A stretch of 64,000 nucleotides of DNA from an uncultured Gammaproteobacteria bacterium (lineage in GTDB: Bacteria; Patescibacteriota; Microgenomatia; PFEM01; DATLAM01), in the NCBI GenBank assembly GCA_964566925.1, contig CAZMIZ010000003.1, positions 30,792 to 94,791 on the forward strand, written 5' to 3'. Of this stretch, positions 7,830 to 17,046 are shown piece by piece; position 1 is the first letter of the stretch, and every line of letters begins with the position of its first letter. A model generated the notes under the pieces. The model was not told where the DNA came from and did no database searches. It was given only the letters and a program-made list of their open reading frames with translations. A program made the translations under genes and the position numbers.

Positions 7830-10747
7830 GAGGAACTAATCTTTAATTTTTTTCCAGAAATGATCTTTTTGGCTAAAGTTTTTCTTTTAAGATAATCTAT
7901 CAGCGATCCTGATTGAGGAATTTTGGGAAGGGAAACCACAATTGACTGATCAAGCCGAAAGCCCGCCTCTTTCCTTAGAGACTGAATTTGACGCACCAAT
8001 TCTCTTGCTTCCCCTTCAGCTTGAAGCTCTGGTGTCATCTTGGTATCCAGCTTAACCTCTGTCTCTTCACCTTTAAGCAATTCGACTTCTTTAACATTCA
8101 ACTCTTCTTTAACTAATTGAGCGAGGGCTTTATCCAGCTTTCCCTTTTCTATTTTACATCTTGCCTTTCTTAATGGCTGACGAACCTTAATGCCCTCTTT
8201 TTTCCTAGCGGCATGACCTAGCTCACAGATGTCCCGGACGAGGGCCATTTGGTTAAGCAGTTTCTGGTCTAAAACCTTCCTGGTTTTCACTTCAGGCCAA
8301 TCACTGAGATGAACTGATTCTTCACCGGTTAAATTTTGGTAGATTTCTTCCGCCAAAAAGGGAGTAAAAGGGGCTAAAGCTTGAGAAAGAACCACTAAAA
8401 CCGTATAAAGGGTCGAGTAGGTCAAATCTTTATCTTCTTTATTTTTGGCGGTCGGGCCCACTCGGTCTCGAGAGCGGCGAACATACCAAGTAGAAAGATC
8501 TTGAACAAAATCTTCGATCGCCAGAGTCGCAGTTTGAGGATCATAGTCATCCAGGCTTCCGGTCACCACAATCATCGTTTCGTCGAGGCGGGTGAGAATC
8601 CAAAGGTCAAGGTTGGTAGGCTTTTTCTTAAACTCAATTCGCGGTTTCCAGTGGTCAAGATTGGCATAGGTAACGAAAAAGTTATAAATATTCCATAAAA
8701 GAAGGTGAAATCTTCTTCTGACTTCATCACCAGCCCGAAAACCAAAATTAAGATTTAGTCTCGGATTTTGACTAAGATACATCCAGCGCATAACATCAAC
8801 GCCCATCTTCTCAGCCGCTTCATTAAACTCAATAGCGTTACCCTTGCTTTTGTGCATTTCTTCTCCTTTTTCATCACGGACTGAAGCATAACCTAAAAGA
8901 ATTTTAAACGGCTCTTTATCCTCTAAGACCGTACTCATGGCAATCAGGGAATAAAACCAGTTTTTAAACTGACCCGGGAAACACTCAGTCACAAAATCAG
9001 CCGGAAACCACTCATGCCAATATTTTTTATCACCTGAATAACTTACTTTGTTTGTCTTAGGTTCCACCAAGGTAGAGAAAGAGACAATGCCAGCATCAAG
9101 CCAAGGATTGCCAACATCGGGAATACGTGAAACCTCCTCACCACACTGAGAACACTTGATCTTAATCTGGTCAACCCAAGGCCGATGAGGACTATGGCCT
9201 TTGAATTTACTCCATCCTTTGGCGGCTCGTTTCTTCAATTCTTCTTTTGAACCAATCAATTCAAAATGGCCACATTTCTGACATTCCCAAATAGGCAAAG
9301 CCAATCCCCAATAGCGCTTTTTAGAAATCAACCAATCGTCCATGTTCCTTAACCAATCCAATTCCCTTTTTAAACCAAATCCCGGAATCCAATGAATCTT
9401 TTTCGCTATAGTTATCATCCGCTGACGATAGTTCTTGGCTGCTTTTTTATTCGTATCATCCATGGCAAGATACCATTCGTCAACCACCCTCCAAAGAAGT
9501 TCAGTTTTACAGCGCCAGCAAATAGGGTAACGATGAGTAAAATTCTCGACTAACCAATTTCTATCTTCTTTCTTTAAAAATTCAATCACCAGTTGAGAAA
9601 CCTTGTTTGCGGGTCGGCCAGAGAAATCCCCAAAACCTTCAAGATAAACACCTGCTTGATCTAGAGGTCCAACTACCGGCAGGTCAAATTCTTTGCCGAG
9701 ATCAAAATCTTCCTCGCCGCCACCCGGCGCGATGTGGACTAAACCGGTACCCTCTTCTTCAAGTACTTCTTTCCAGGGAATAATCTGATGTTCATATTGT
9801 GGCTTTTGGGCAAAGGCCTTTTTGACGGCTGGCAAATGGTCAAACAAACCTTGATATTTTCTTCCCACCAGCTCTTTCCCTTTAATTTTCTTCACCTTCT
9901 TAGCGTTTGGTGCGGTTCTCTTCATATAACTCTCAGTGGCGTAAAAAATTCCCATCTTAGTGGTAAACTTAACGTAATCAAGCTCCGGATTGACGGCGAT
10001 GGCCACATTAGCCGGAAGAGTCCAGGGAGTAGTCGTCCAAACTAAAAGAAACTCATCCTTAGCTCCTTTTAAAGGGTACTCAACGGCGATCGCCTGATGG
10101 GTTAGTTCCTTATAATCCTCAGTCAAAATCTCATGCTGAGAAATGGCGGTCCCGCAGCGAGGACACCAGGGGACTGAATCCCTCCCTTTATAAAGATTTC
10201 CATCTTGCCAGCACTTCTTCAAAAACGACCAAATCATATAGTTATTTTCATCACTCATCGTATAGTAAGAGTGGCCCCAGTCCATAAAATAAGCCAACCT
10301 TTTTGATTGCTCAGTCATTATTCTGGCAAATCTAAGAGTCCGTTCCTTACATTTATTAACAAATTTGGCGATCCCATATTTTTCAATATCCTTTTTGTCT
10401 TTAAAACCAAGCTCTTTCTCAACCTCGACCTCGACCCATAAACCTTGGTTGTCAAAACCATTTTGAAAACGCTGCTGGTAGCCTTGCATGTTTTTGTATC
10501 TTTGGAAAAGATCCTTATAGGTTCGGCCCCACGCGTGATGAACGCCCATCGGGTTATTAGCAGTAATCGGGCCGTCAAGGAACCGGAAGCGCTTTTTAGC
10601 CTTGCCTGCCTCGTCGGCAGACAGGCCACTAGGCGGGTCGTTTCGGTGAAGATATTTTTTGACAATTCCTTTCTTATCCCACCAATCCAAAAGCTTCTTC
10701 TCGAGCTCAACAAAGTCAGGTTTAGTTGTCGTAGGTTTAAAAGCCAT
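7826..10747 (-). CDS. ileS: isoleucine--tRNA ligase, type 2
   Basis: DGPITAN..GVHH, WTTTPWTLP, GTGLVH, DWLISKKRYWG, MHKSKGN. Confidence 0.96.
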   Translation of the reverse strand: MAFKPTTTKPDFVELEKKLLDWWDKKGIVKKYLHRNDPPSGLSADEAGKAKKRFRFLDGPITANNPMGVHHAWGRTYKDLFQRYKNMQGYQQRFQNGFDNQGLWVEVEVEKELGFKDKKDIEKYGIAKFVNKCKERTLRFARIMTEQSKRLAYFMDWGHSYYTMSDENNYMIWSFLKKCWQDGNLYKGRDSVPWCPRCGTAISQHEILTEDYKELTHQAIAVEYPLKGAKDEFLLVWTTTPWTLPANVAIAVNPELDYVKFTTKMGIFYATESYMKRTAPNAKKVKKIKGKELVGRKYQGLFDHLPAVKKAFAQKPQYEHQIIPWKEVLEEEGTGLVHIAPGGGEEDFDLGKEFDLPVVGPLDQAGVYLEGFGDFSGRPANKVSQLVIEFLKKEDRNWLVENFTHRYPICWRCKTELLWRVVDEWYLAMDDTNKKAAKNYRQRMITIAKKIHWIPGFGLKRELDWLRNMDDWLISKKRYWGLALPIWECQKCGHFELIGSKEELKKRAAKGWSKFKGHSPHRPWVDQIKIKCSQCGEEVSRIPDVGNPWLDAGIVSFSTLVEPKTNKVSYSGDKKYWHEWFPADFVTECFPGQFKNWFYSLIAMSTVLEDKEPFKILLGYASVRDEKGEEMHKSKGNAIEFNEAAEKMGVDVMRWMYLSQNPRLNLNFGFRAGDEVRRRFHLLLWNIYNFFVTYANLDHWKPRIEFKKKPTNLDLWILTRLDETMIVVTGSLDDYDPQTATLAIEDFVQDLSTWYVRRSRDRVGPTAKNKEDKDLTYSTLYTVLVVLSQALAPFTPFLAEEIYQNLTGEESVHLSDWPEVKTRKVLDQKLLNQMALVRDICELGHAARKKEGIKVRQPLRKARCKIEKGKLDKALAQLVKEELNVKEVELLKGEETEVKLDTKMTPELQAEGEARELVRQIQSLRKEAGFRLDQSIVVSLPKIPQSGSLIDYLKRKTLAKKIISGKKLKISSS

Positions 10748-10770
10748 TTCCTTGTCTATTATAATAAACT

Positions 10771-10794
10771 AAAAATCCCTTCTTGAGAAGGGAT
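10771..10794 (-). terminator. intrinsic terminator in the ileS leader
   Basis: ATCCCTTC-TCAA-GAAGGGAT perfect 8-bp stem followed by TTTTAGTTT. Confidence 0.75.
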
Positions 10795-10831
10795 AAGTGG
10801 CCAATTAAGATGCTTGAGCACCCCAAAAGGC

Positions 10832-10891
10832 CTAAGGGCTAATAATAATTTCTTGAACTAACGGTTTGCTTCCGCTAATTAACTTCCTCAT
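10832..10891 (-). CDS. putative ileS leader peptide MRKLISGSKPLVQEIIISP
   Basis: 19-codon ORF with ATT-ATT-ATT near its end, between a promoter and the terminator preceding ileS. Confidence 0.7.
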   Translation of the reverse strand: MRKLISGSKPLVQEIIISP

Positions 10892-10899
10892 CACAATTA

Positions 10900-10929
10900 A
10901 TTTTACCACCATCATCAACGTTTAGGCAA
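10900..10929 (-). promoter_or_regulatory. promoter of the ileS leader
   Basis: TTGCCT-18nt-TAAAAT with TG extension. Confidence 0.6.
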
Positions 10930-11478
10930 GAAACGTCTCCTGCCTAAGAAACGGGGCGATAGTCTCCCTTCTTTAAACATTTGATCTTCAAATCTTTGAT
11001 AATATGCGGATGGAGTTAGCCTTCCGCCTTTCAAGTCGCGGATAAAAGCATCAATCAGAACAGGGCCTAAAAAGCCAAGATGGCTACAAACTAAAGGGTT
11101 GATCACTTCATGGTCTGAAGGAAAGGCAAAATGAAGCAATTTCCGTTCAGCCCTGGTACAGTCTTCGTTCAACTGAAACCCGCATAAGAGGATATCGTTT
11201 CCCATGTCACCAAAACGCTCTTTTTGGAGCCAAAAAATCCGACCCTTTTCCCTGTTAATGATACACACTTCCCAGTACTCATCACAGAGTTCATCTCCAT
11301 ATTGAAATAAATCATTAACCACAGCCGCTAAGTCTCTCAGGGAGTCGAGGGTCTTCTCGTCGGGGAAGCGACGAATCGAACCTTCTCTCGCGTAAGGAAA
11401 AAGTATCCGCCGGAGGTAACGGGGAAGATAGGTATTAAGAGAATGCGAAATATCGAGCGGGTATTCAGGGGTGAACAT
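10915..11478 (-). CDS. hypothetical protein (187 aa)
   Basis: ORF starting 2 nt after the ftsZ stop. Confidence 0.6.
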   Translation of the reverse strand: MFTPEYPLDISHSLNTYLPRYLRRILFPYAREGSIRRFPDEKTLDSLRDLAAVVNDLFQYGDELCDEYWEVCIINREKGRIFWLQKERFGDMGNDILLCGFQLNEDCTRAERKLLHFAFPSDHEVINPLVCSHLGFLGPVLIDAFIRDLKGGRLTPSAYYQRFEDQMFKEGRLSPRFLGRRRFLPKR

Positions 11479-11480
11479 CT

Positions 11481-12632
11481 CTATCTCCCCTGCCTTAAAA
11501 AGGCGGGGATGTCCAGTTCTTCAAACTCTTCAGGCGGTTCTTCTTCTTTAGGGGGCTTAGCTTTCTTCTCCTCTTCCTCTTTTTTCTTCTTTTCCTCTTC
11601 TGGAACTTCACTCACGATTCCTTCTGGTTCGACTGGCTGAACAGGCTTAGTCATCAAACCGGCTAGCCTTACTCGGGCCTCATCAAAACCAGTGGCAATA
11701 ACCGTAATTTTAATCTGATCAACCATCTCTTCGTCAATGGTGGCCCCAAAGATAATATTGGCATCAGCATCAGCTGTCTGGGAAATGAGCTTAGCCGCCT
11801 CATCCACTTCAGCCATGGTTAAATCTTTACCACCGGTTATGTTGAAAAGGATTCCTTTAGCGCCTTCAATTGAGATTTCCAATAAGGGCGAAGCAATCGC
11901 GCTTCGGGCAGCAGTCTGAGCTCGGTTCTCGCCCACCCCGGTACCCATACCCATCAGGGCACTACCGGCATTACTCATAATCGCCCTGACGTCAGCAAAA
12001 TCAATGTTGATCAAACCGGGAACGGTAATCAAATCAGCGATCCCTTGAACTCCATGGGAAAGAACCGAATCGGCCACCTTAAAAGCCTCCAGGAGAGTCA
12101 TTTTCTTATCAACCATATCTAAGAGGCGCTGGTTAGGAATAACGATCAGCGTATCAACTTTATCTTTTATTTTGTCGATGCCCTCTTCGGCGACGACCAT
12201 TCGCCGGGTGCCTTCAAAATTGAACGGTTTGGTCACCACCGCCACGGTTAAAGCTCCTTGTTCGCGAGCAAGCTCAGCAATCACCGGCGCACCACCAGTT
12301 AAAGTCCCACCCCCTTCACCGCCAGTGATAAAGACCATATCGGTATCTAAAAGAAGCTCTTTTATCTTTTCTCGGGATTCCTCAGCGGCTTGCATCCCAA
12401 TTTCAGGGTCGCCGCCAGCCCCTAGGCCGCGAGACAAATTTTCGCCAATCTGAAGCTTGGTAGGCGCCTGGTTAACTAGAAGAGCCTGAGCATCGGTGTT
12501 AACGGCAATAAACTCCACGCCTTTGATTTGGCCTTCTTCAATCATGGAGTTGATCACATTACCACCACCGCCACCCAAACCAATCACTTTAATCTTAGCA
12601 AAGCGGGCAACATCAGGTTTAACCAGTGCCAT
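11481..12632 (-). CDS. ftsZ: cell division protein FtsZ
   Basis: [32 protein letters not shown]-terminal LDIPAFLR. Confidence 0.98.
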   Translation of the reverse strand: MALVKPDVARFAKIKVIGLGGGGGNVINSMIEEGQIKGVEFIAVNTDAQALLVNQAPTKLQIGENLSRGLGAGGDPEIGMQAAEESREKIKELLLDTDMVFITGGEGGGTLTGGAPVIAELAREQGALTVAVVTKPFNFEGTRRMVVAEEGIDKIKDKVDTLIVIPNQRLLDMVDKKMTLLEAFKVADSVLSHGVQGIADLITVPGLINIDFADVRAIMSNAGSALMGMGTGVGENRAQTAARSAIASPLLEISIEGAKGILFNITGGKDLTMAEVDEAAKLISQTADADANIIFGATIDEEMVDQIKITVIATGFDEARVRLAGLMTKPVQPVEPEGIVSEVPEEEKKKKEEEEKKAKPPKEEEPPEEFEELDIPAFLRQGR

Positions 12633-12703
12633 TTATTTATCCTTTGGGCAGGAAATCGGCAGAAGTAAACTTATTATAACTTATACCACCAATTAGTCAA
12701 TCA

Positions 12704-14062
12704 CTAAGGCAGGAATGATTTTATCAGATCAACCGCCCGGCCGGCAAGTCCACGAACCGGAATCCGTTCCAGACTCTTGCCTAGAGAGGCTAAGGAAAAG
12801 CCGCCTTCTTGCCAGCCTTCCTCTTTACTGCCATGAAGGACTAAACCGGTTGAAGAGGCAAAATCCGGAGTTTGAACATCGTCAATCAAACCGGTCAAGC
12901 CAACAGGCGTCCCAATTCGAACAGGCATGGAAAGCGATCTTTTAGCCGCCTCTTTTATCCCTATGGTTTGGGCGCCACCACCGCAGATGACAATTCCGGA
13001 AGGAGTTAGGCCGGCAAAACCGCTTTTTTTAATTTCTATCCCTACCATGGTAAAAATTTCGTTCAACCGAGGCTTGATTATCCCTTCAACCAAAGTCTTC
13101 CGAGAAACAGTTCTTTTTTCTTCTAAAATTCCCATTTCGCTCAGATTAAGCTCGTCTTTGTCGCTCTTAGAATGGCCTTCGTCTTTCTCGGCCTCTTCAT
13201 CCTTTGTTTTTCCCTTTTTCTTTTCTTTATCAATGGTCTCTTCAGGTAAAAAGGGAGTAGTTATCTTTTTTGGCTGATCAGAAAGAGCTATTTTTATTTT
13301 TTCCGCCGCTTCTAAGGGCAACCTTAAACCAATGGCTAGATCGTTGGTCACATTTTTAGCCCCAATAGGAAGAACGGTGGTATAAGCCGGCGCTCCTTCC
13401 ACGAAAATAACAATATCGGTAGTGCCTCCCCCAACATCCACTAGAATAACCCCTAATTCTTTTTCTGTTTCCGATAAGACGCTCTCGGCCGAAGCCAAGC
13501 CCGAAGCCACTAAGCTTTCAATATCCGCTCCCACTTCGGAAACACACTTTGACAAATTTCTGATGGCGGTTGAAGAACCGCTGATGATATGAGTCTCTAT
13601 CTCAAGACGGACCCCACTCATCCCAATTGGATCTTTAATTCCCTCTTGACCATCAACCGTAAAATCACGTGGTAAAACATGAATAATTTCTCGCGAAGAA
13701 GGCAAAGAAATGGCTTGGGCCGCGTCAATTACCCGATTAACATCATCTCGGTTAATCTCCCCTTCTGGTTCGGCCACAGCCACCACTCCTTTTGAATTTT
13801 GAGAGGCAATATGAGGTCCGCCCACGCTCACTAGGGCTCGGGTAAGATTGTAGCCAGCCATCCTTTCGGCTGACTCAACCGACTCAACGACGCTATCCGC
13901 CGCCTCTTCGATATTGACAATCTGACCCTTTCTAATGCCCTGAGAAGGAATGTTGGCCGCCCCGATAATCTTGACTTTCTCTTCTTCGTCCACTGAGGCA
14001 ATAACGGTCGCTACTTTTGAGGAACCAATATCGATACCGGCAATAATCCGTGGGCGGGCCAT
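12704..14062 (-). CDS. ftsA: cell division protein FtsA
   Basis: GIDIGSSKV, DVGGGTT, CGGGA; position before ftsZ. Confidence 0.96.
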   Translation of the reverse strand: MARPRIIAGIDIGSSKVATVIASVDEEEKVKIIGAANIPSQGIRKGQIVNIEEAADSVVESVESAERMAGYNLTRALVSVGGPHIASQNSKGVVAVAEPEGEINRDDVNRVIDAAQAISLPSSREIIHVLPRDFTVDGQEGIKDPIGMSGVRLEIETHIISGSSTAIRNLSKCVSEVGADIESLVASGLASAESVLSETEKELGVILVDVGGGTTDIVIFVEGAPAYTTVLPIGAKNVTNDLAIGLRLPLEAAEKIKIALSDQPKKITTPFLPEETIDKEKKKGKTKDEEAEKDEGHSKSDKDELNLSEMGILEEKRTVSRKTLVEGIIKPRLNEIFTMVGIEIKKSGFAGLTPSGIVICGGGAQTIGIKEAAKRSLSMPVRIGTPVGLTGLIDDVQTPDFASSTGLVLHGSKEEGWQEGGFSLASLGKSLERIPVRGLAGRAVDLIKSFLP

Positions 14063-14063
14063 T

Positions 14064-14819
14064 CTATTTTTCTATAATAACAGGCTTATCGAAACGCAGA
14101 TCAACGCGCTTCAATCTTTTGCCTTCTATTTTAGTCCGGGATAAAATCAGTTGTAAAGAGCCAACTTGGGCGGTGGCTTCTTTTTGAAAAGAGAAAAAAA
14201 CTTCCAGCTCATCCTTCAATCGAACTAAAATTCCTTTCTCTGAAACTTCGATTGTTTCTGGTTTAAGATCTAACTTTAAGAGCAAAACAATGAGGCTCAA
14301 AGTTTGGGTTAACTCTTTAGAAGTAATCTGTTGTCCCACGCTGATCCCCTCTAGGTTGGTTAATAAGATTCTAGGAAGATCCAAAGAGGAAGTCGTTTTT
14401 TGGAAAACCATTCCCTCTTCATCGGCGATAAAAAAATCAGCGGCGGGCATCGCCGATTCAGTCGACGATTCAATCTTCTGGGTAAAAGCGACGCTCGCTT
14501 TCCTTAGTTTAAGGGAAAACGCCAAAGTTTCAGGTAAAATTTTAGCTACGGCCACCTCGCCAATCTGAGGAAAAGAAACCCTGATTTCCTCCCCTAGGGG
14601 GCGTTGATGAAAAAAGAGGATATTTTGGCCGATAGACAGACTTAAAAGTTTTGTCCAAATTTCTCCGGGACAAGCTGCCTCGCCGATTAAACAATTCACT
14701 TTTTTAATTTTGAAAAAGTCACCCTTAAGGATAAAAAAAGAGCTGGTGACGAGGAGACCAAAGACGGCAACAACGACAATCACCTTTAAGAATAAAGAGA
14801 GGTATTTTCTTCTCCTCAT
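14064..14819 (-). CDS. ftsQ: cell division protein FtsQ/DivIB
   Basis: N-terminal TM, POTRA-like region, C-terminal VDLRFDKP; between murG and ftsA. Confidence 0.8.
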   Translation of the reverse strand: MRRRKYLSLFLKVIVVVAVFGLLVTSSFFILKGDFFKIKKVNCLIGEAACPGEIWTKLLSLSIGQNILFFHQRPLGEEIRVSFPQIGEVAVAKILPETLAFSLKLRKASVAFTQKIESSTESAMPAADFFIADEEGMVFQKTTSSLDLPRILLTNLEGISVGQQITSKELTQTLSLIVLLLKLDLKPETIEVSEKGILVRLKDELEVFFSFQKEATAQVGSLQLILSRTKIEGKRLKRVDLRFDKPVIIEK

Positions 14820-15913
14820 AACTTTTCAACCAATTCAACCATCCTCTCAACCGCATCCAGTCTTACTAATTTTTGGGCTTTGGCCCGATTCTTCTTATAT
14901 GAATCCAGCTTGACCATCATTTTCTCAATTAACCGGGCAAGTTTTTGGCTGGTAAGATTCTTCTGAGAAAGAATCTCGGCCAAACCCACTTTAGTAAGCA
15001 TCTTAGCGTTCTTTTCTTGCTCTTGAGCATAACTAAAAGGGAGGGGAATAAAAAGGGCTGGCTTACCTAGAGCCGCCAATTCATAAACGATATGGGCGCC
15101 AGCTCGGGTAACCACCAGGTCAGCAGCCGCAAAAACAGCCCCAATCTCTGGTTGAAAAATATAGTCGTAAACCAAATAGCGATTTCTAAGCTCTAGAGGA
15201 AGTTTCTTTTTAATTTTTCTTAAGCGGGCAAAGTCATTATAAACAGTGCTACTCCCGGACTGGTGAATTAAATTATATTTTTTAAGTAAATTCGGAAGGA
15301 GTTTAGCAATGGTCAAATTGAGGGTATGAGAACCTTGTTTCCCACCGGTAATATAGATGATAGGTAAATCATTTTTGAAACCAAACCTGCCCCTGGACTG
15401 CTTGAAAATACCCGACCTTAAAGGTAAACCAGTAAAAACCACTTTTTTAAAAGGGAAATGCTGGCAAGAGTTTTTCCAAGAAACAAGAATTTTTTTGGCA
15501 AAAGGCTGGATAACTCGGTTAGCCAAACCATAGACTACCGTCTGCTCATGAGTTAAACTGGGAATCCTTAAAAGCCAACCACAAATGACCACAGGAACAG
15601 CTAAATAGCCGCCAAAGGAAAGAATCAGGTGAGGCCGAAATTTAAGCAGATAATAAGATGCTTGGAGAAAACCAAGCGGTAAACGAACCAGGTTGAGAAG
15701 ATGATAAGGGCGGTGCCCCTTGCCAGCCTTAATCTCAATAAACTTAAAGCCGGCCTTAGTAACCTCACGATATTCCGCTCCTGGCTTTTTATCGCCCCAC
15801 ATGGTAAATCTATGGCCAAACCAAATTATTTCGTGACCCCGTTTTCTTAATTTTTCGGCTACGACCAAAGCGCTATTGTGGTGCCCACCGGTAATAACAA
15901 TTCTTTTTTTCAC
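14816..15913 (-). CDS. murG: lipid II GlcNAc transferase MurG
   Basis: TGGHH, FGGYLAVP, HEQT, TGGKQG, RAGA, QEKNA. Confidence 0.95.
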   Translation of the reverse strand: MKKRIVITGGHHNSALVVAEKLRKRGHEIIWFGHRFTMWGDKKPGAEYREVTKAGFKFIEIKAGKGHRPYHLLNLVRLPLGFLQASYYLLKFRPHLILSFGGYLAVPVVICGWLLRIPSLTHEQTVVYGLANRVIQPFAKKILVSWKNSCQHFPFKKVVFTGLPLRSGIFKQSRGRFGFKNDLPIIYITGGKQGSHTLNLTIAKLLPNLLKKYNLIHQSGSSTVYNDFARLRKIKKKLPLELRNRYLVYDYIFQPEIGAVFAAADLVVTRAGAHIVYELAALGKPALFIPLPFSYAQEQEKNAKMLTKVGLAEILSQKNLTSQKLARLIEKMMVKLDSYKKNRAKAQKLVRLDAVERMVELVEKL

Positions 15914-17034
15914 TTTTTAACTACTCGATGTTTAGAAATATTAACTAAAATTCCCATCCCTGCCAAGGCGACGATTAAAGAAGAGCCGCCATAAGAGATA
16001 AAGGGTAAAGGAACGCCGGTAAGAGGAACTAGGGCAACCATTGCCGCCAAATTAATCAAAGCTTGTAAGCCAATCCAGGCAGTGATTCCCACTGCCAAGA
16101 GTCGACCAAAACGATCGGGTGCTTCTTGAGCGACTTTAAAACCCCGCCAAATAATGATTAAAAAAGCGAGCAGAATTAAGCCGCCAGCAAGAAAACCAAG
16201 TTCTTCAGCAATGACTGCAAAAATAGAATCGGTCATCACCGCCGGCAAATATTCATATTTTTGGCGGGATTGGCCTAAGCCTAAACCCCAAAGACCACCG
16301 GAGCCTAAAGCTAAAAGTATCTGGCGGATATGATAAGAAGCGCCTAGGGGATCGCGGCCTGGGTCAAAGAAGGTTAAAAGCCGTTCACGACGATAGGGAG
16401 AAAAATAAATCAGACCTAAGCCGCCCAAAAGACCCAAAAAAACAAAGACGAGAATCGCCAAAAGCGGCGCCCCTGAGGCAAAATAAACAACCAAACCGCT
16501 AGCCACGATAACCACGGTTGTCCCTAGATCTGGTTCCAACATAACCAAGCTCACGATTAAGGCAGAAAGGATCAAAAAAGGAAGAGCCTTCTGCTTATTA
16601 CCTAAAAAAGCGGCTAGATAAAGAACAAAAGCTAGTTTCGTTATCTCGGCTGGTTGAAATCGGAAACTCCCAAGAATAAGCCAACGTCGAGCACCACTAA
16701 TTTGGGTCCCTATGCCTGGAATAAGAACTACGGCTAAAAGAAAAATCGCCCCTAACATGATAAAAGGCGCAAACTTTTCTAAAAGAGAATAACGAAAAAA
16801 GGAGGCCAGGGTGAAAGCCAAAATTCCTAGAGCCGCCCACTGGATTTGAAGTTTCAAGTAATAATATTTGTCGCCAAAATCCCGAAAAGCCTCAACCACT
16901 GAAGCATTACCGACCATGACTACGCCAAGAACGGTTAACCCTAAAGCCAAGCCCGCAAGAATGAGATCTGGCTTCCTGATAGGTTTTTTGAGAATAATCT
17001 TTCTTGACTTTTTCTTTTTCCTTTTGGAACGCAT
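15910..17034 (-). CDS. ftsW: SEDS family protein FtsW
   Basis: GARRW, FQPAE, EPDLGT, GLGQSRQK, PLTGVPLPFISYGGSS. Confidence 0.95.
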   Translation of the reverse strand: MRSKRKKKKSRKIILKKPIRKPDLILAGLALGLTVLGVVMVGNASVVEAFRDFGDKYYYLKLQIQWAALGILAFTLASFFRYSLLEKFAPFIMLGAIFLLAVVLIPGIGTQISGARRWLILGSFRFQPAEITKLAFVLYLAAFLGNKQKALPFLILSALIVSLVMLEPDLGTTVVIVASGLVVYFASGAPLLAILVFVFLGLLGGLGLIYFSPYRRERLLTFFDPGRDPLGASYHIRQILLALGSGGLWGLGLGQSRQKYEYLPAVMTDSIFAVIAEELGFLAGGLILLAFLIIIWRGFKVAQEAPDRFGRLLAVGITAWIGLQALINLAAMVALVPLTGVPLPFISYGGSSLIVALAGMGILVNISKHRVVKK

Positions 17035-17046
17035 TGGTTTAATTAA

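Noticed and set aside
10750-10914. T-box riboswitch upstream of ileS
   Set aside because: No GGTGGNACC T-box sequence before the terminator and no recognisable stem I; the Ile-codon uORF explains the region better
13150-13280. Charged insertion in FtsA as a mobile element
   Set aside because: Low-complexity K/E linker with no palindrome or repeat structure
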